Of a DNA stretch of 37,049 bases, positions 36,075 through 37,049 are shown in pieces. The stretch covers positions 1 through 37,049 of the forward strand of contig JBDROZ010000091.1 in assembly GCA_043809585.1 (NCBI GenBank), read 5' to 3'. The stretch's first letter is position 1; the number at the start of each line of letters is the position of its first letter. The translations under genes and the position numbers were made by a program. The notes beneath the pieces were generated by a model that was not told where the DNA came from, made no database searches, and worked only from the letters and a program-made list of their open reading frames with translations. Source of the stretch: Candidatus Eiseniibacteriota bacterium. GTDB lineage: Bacteria; Orphanbacterota; Orphanbacteria; Orphanbacterales; Orphanbacteraceae.

Positions 36075-37031
36075 GTGGCAGTCCCCTGTCCGGCCTTTCC
36101 CTCGGAGACTTCAGCACGACGCGCGTTCACCTTCGGATGGAGGTCGCAATCCCTTGCCCGGCCTTTCCCTCTGAGACTTTCTCAAACCCGCGCGATCGCG
36201 CATCTGCAGAAGTCGCAATCCCTTATCCGGCCTTTCCCTCTGAGACCCCCAGTGGGTCATCGATCTCGTGAACGACTTCTGGTCGCAATCCCTTATCCGG
36301 CCTTTCCCTCTGAGACACGTGGATCACCTGAACCAGCTCTTCTCGAGGTTCCGCAGTCGCAATCCCTTATCCGGCCTTTCCCTCTGAGACTCATTGAGTA
36401 GGGGAGGTCACCTGGTCGGTGTAGAGTCGCAATCCCTTATCCGGCCTTTCCCTCTGAGACAAGTCTGCGAAGTCAACCGAACCGGTAACGTGATCAGAAG
36501 TCGCAATCCCTTATCCGGCCTTTCCCTCTGAGACCATAATGACTCGCACGCAGGCCATGTCCAACGAAGAGTCGCAATCCCTTATCCGGCCTTTCCCTCT
36601 GAGACCTCATGATGGATTTCGGCAGTGGGGCGGTAGAGAGAAGTCGCAATCCCTTATCCGGCCTTTCCCTCTGAGACCAGGATTCACTTAATGGAAGGTC
36701 ATCAACATCGAAGTCGCAATCCCTTATCCGGCCTTTCCCTCTGAGACTCGGGATTCTACATCCAGCTCAAGAATGAGCTGAAGAAGTCGCAATCCCTTAT
36801 CCGGCCTTTCCCTCTGAGACCACAATCGTACGATCCGATCACCCGCATCCTCGAAGAAGTCGCAATCCCTTATCCGGCCTTTCCCTCTGAGACACGCGCT
36901 CTTCGACGCCAAGCTGGTCGTTCGTGAGTCGCAATCCCTTATCCGGCCTTTCCCTCTGAGACCAATGGCAAATGGTGGAAACCGCAACCCATAAAAGTCG
37001 CAATCCCTTATCCGGCCTTTCCCTCTGAGAC
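36075..37031 (-). CRISPR. CRISPR array 2: at least 14 repeats, 13 full spacers, probably continuing beyond the window
   Basis: Same 35-nt repeat. Degenerate repeats at the left/trailer end (36075, 36143), and 18 nt of spacer-like sequence at the window edge. Confidence 0.97.
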
Positions 37032-37049
37032 TGGGTTAGGGTGAAAGCG

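Noticed and set aside
32062-36996. Spacers self-targeting genes inside this window
   Set aside because: No full-length match was noticed by eye; an exhaustive alignment could not be run.
31647-37049. ORFs with repeated SQSLIRPFPLR / LRGKGRIRDCD peptides
   Set aside because: Translations of CRISPR repeats, not proteins.

Overview
High-GC bacterial window with three parts. (1) 156-12317 is mostly housekeeping or accessory genes: a three-gene cAMP module (CHASE2 adenylate cyclase, MBL-fold hydrolase, cNMP-binding MscS), a TonB-receptor fragment, FmdB zinc ribbon, B12 radical SAM, a GT4/GH130 pair and an RRM protein. (2) 12820-22874 (minus strand) is a four-gene operon: a membrane-anchored vWA protein, an FtsZ/tubulin-like GTPase, a probably inactivated tubulin-like membrane protein, and a catalytically degenerate MrfA/DUF1998-type helicase fused to an HExxH metallopeptidase. 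This is the best candidate for an undescribed system. (3) 23430-37049 (minus strand) is a type III-B CRISPR-Cas locus: cmr1-6 with an HD-less Cas10 carrying SAM-AMP-type acidic substitutions, a CorA effector, a Cas6-RT-Cas1 fusion that appears to start at CTG, a cas2 cut off by a CRISPR repeat, and two arrays with the same 35-nt repeat that share one spacer. All calls come from motif reading by eye; no database searches were run.
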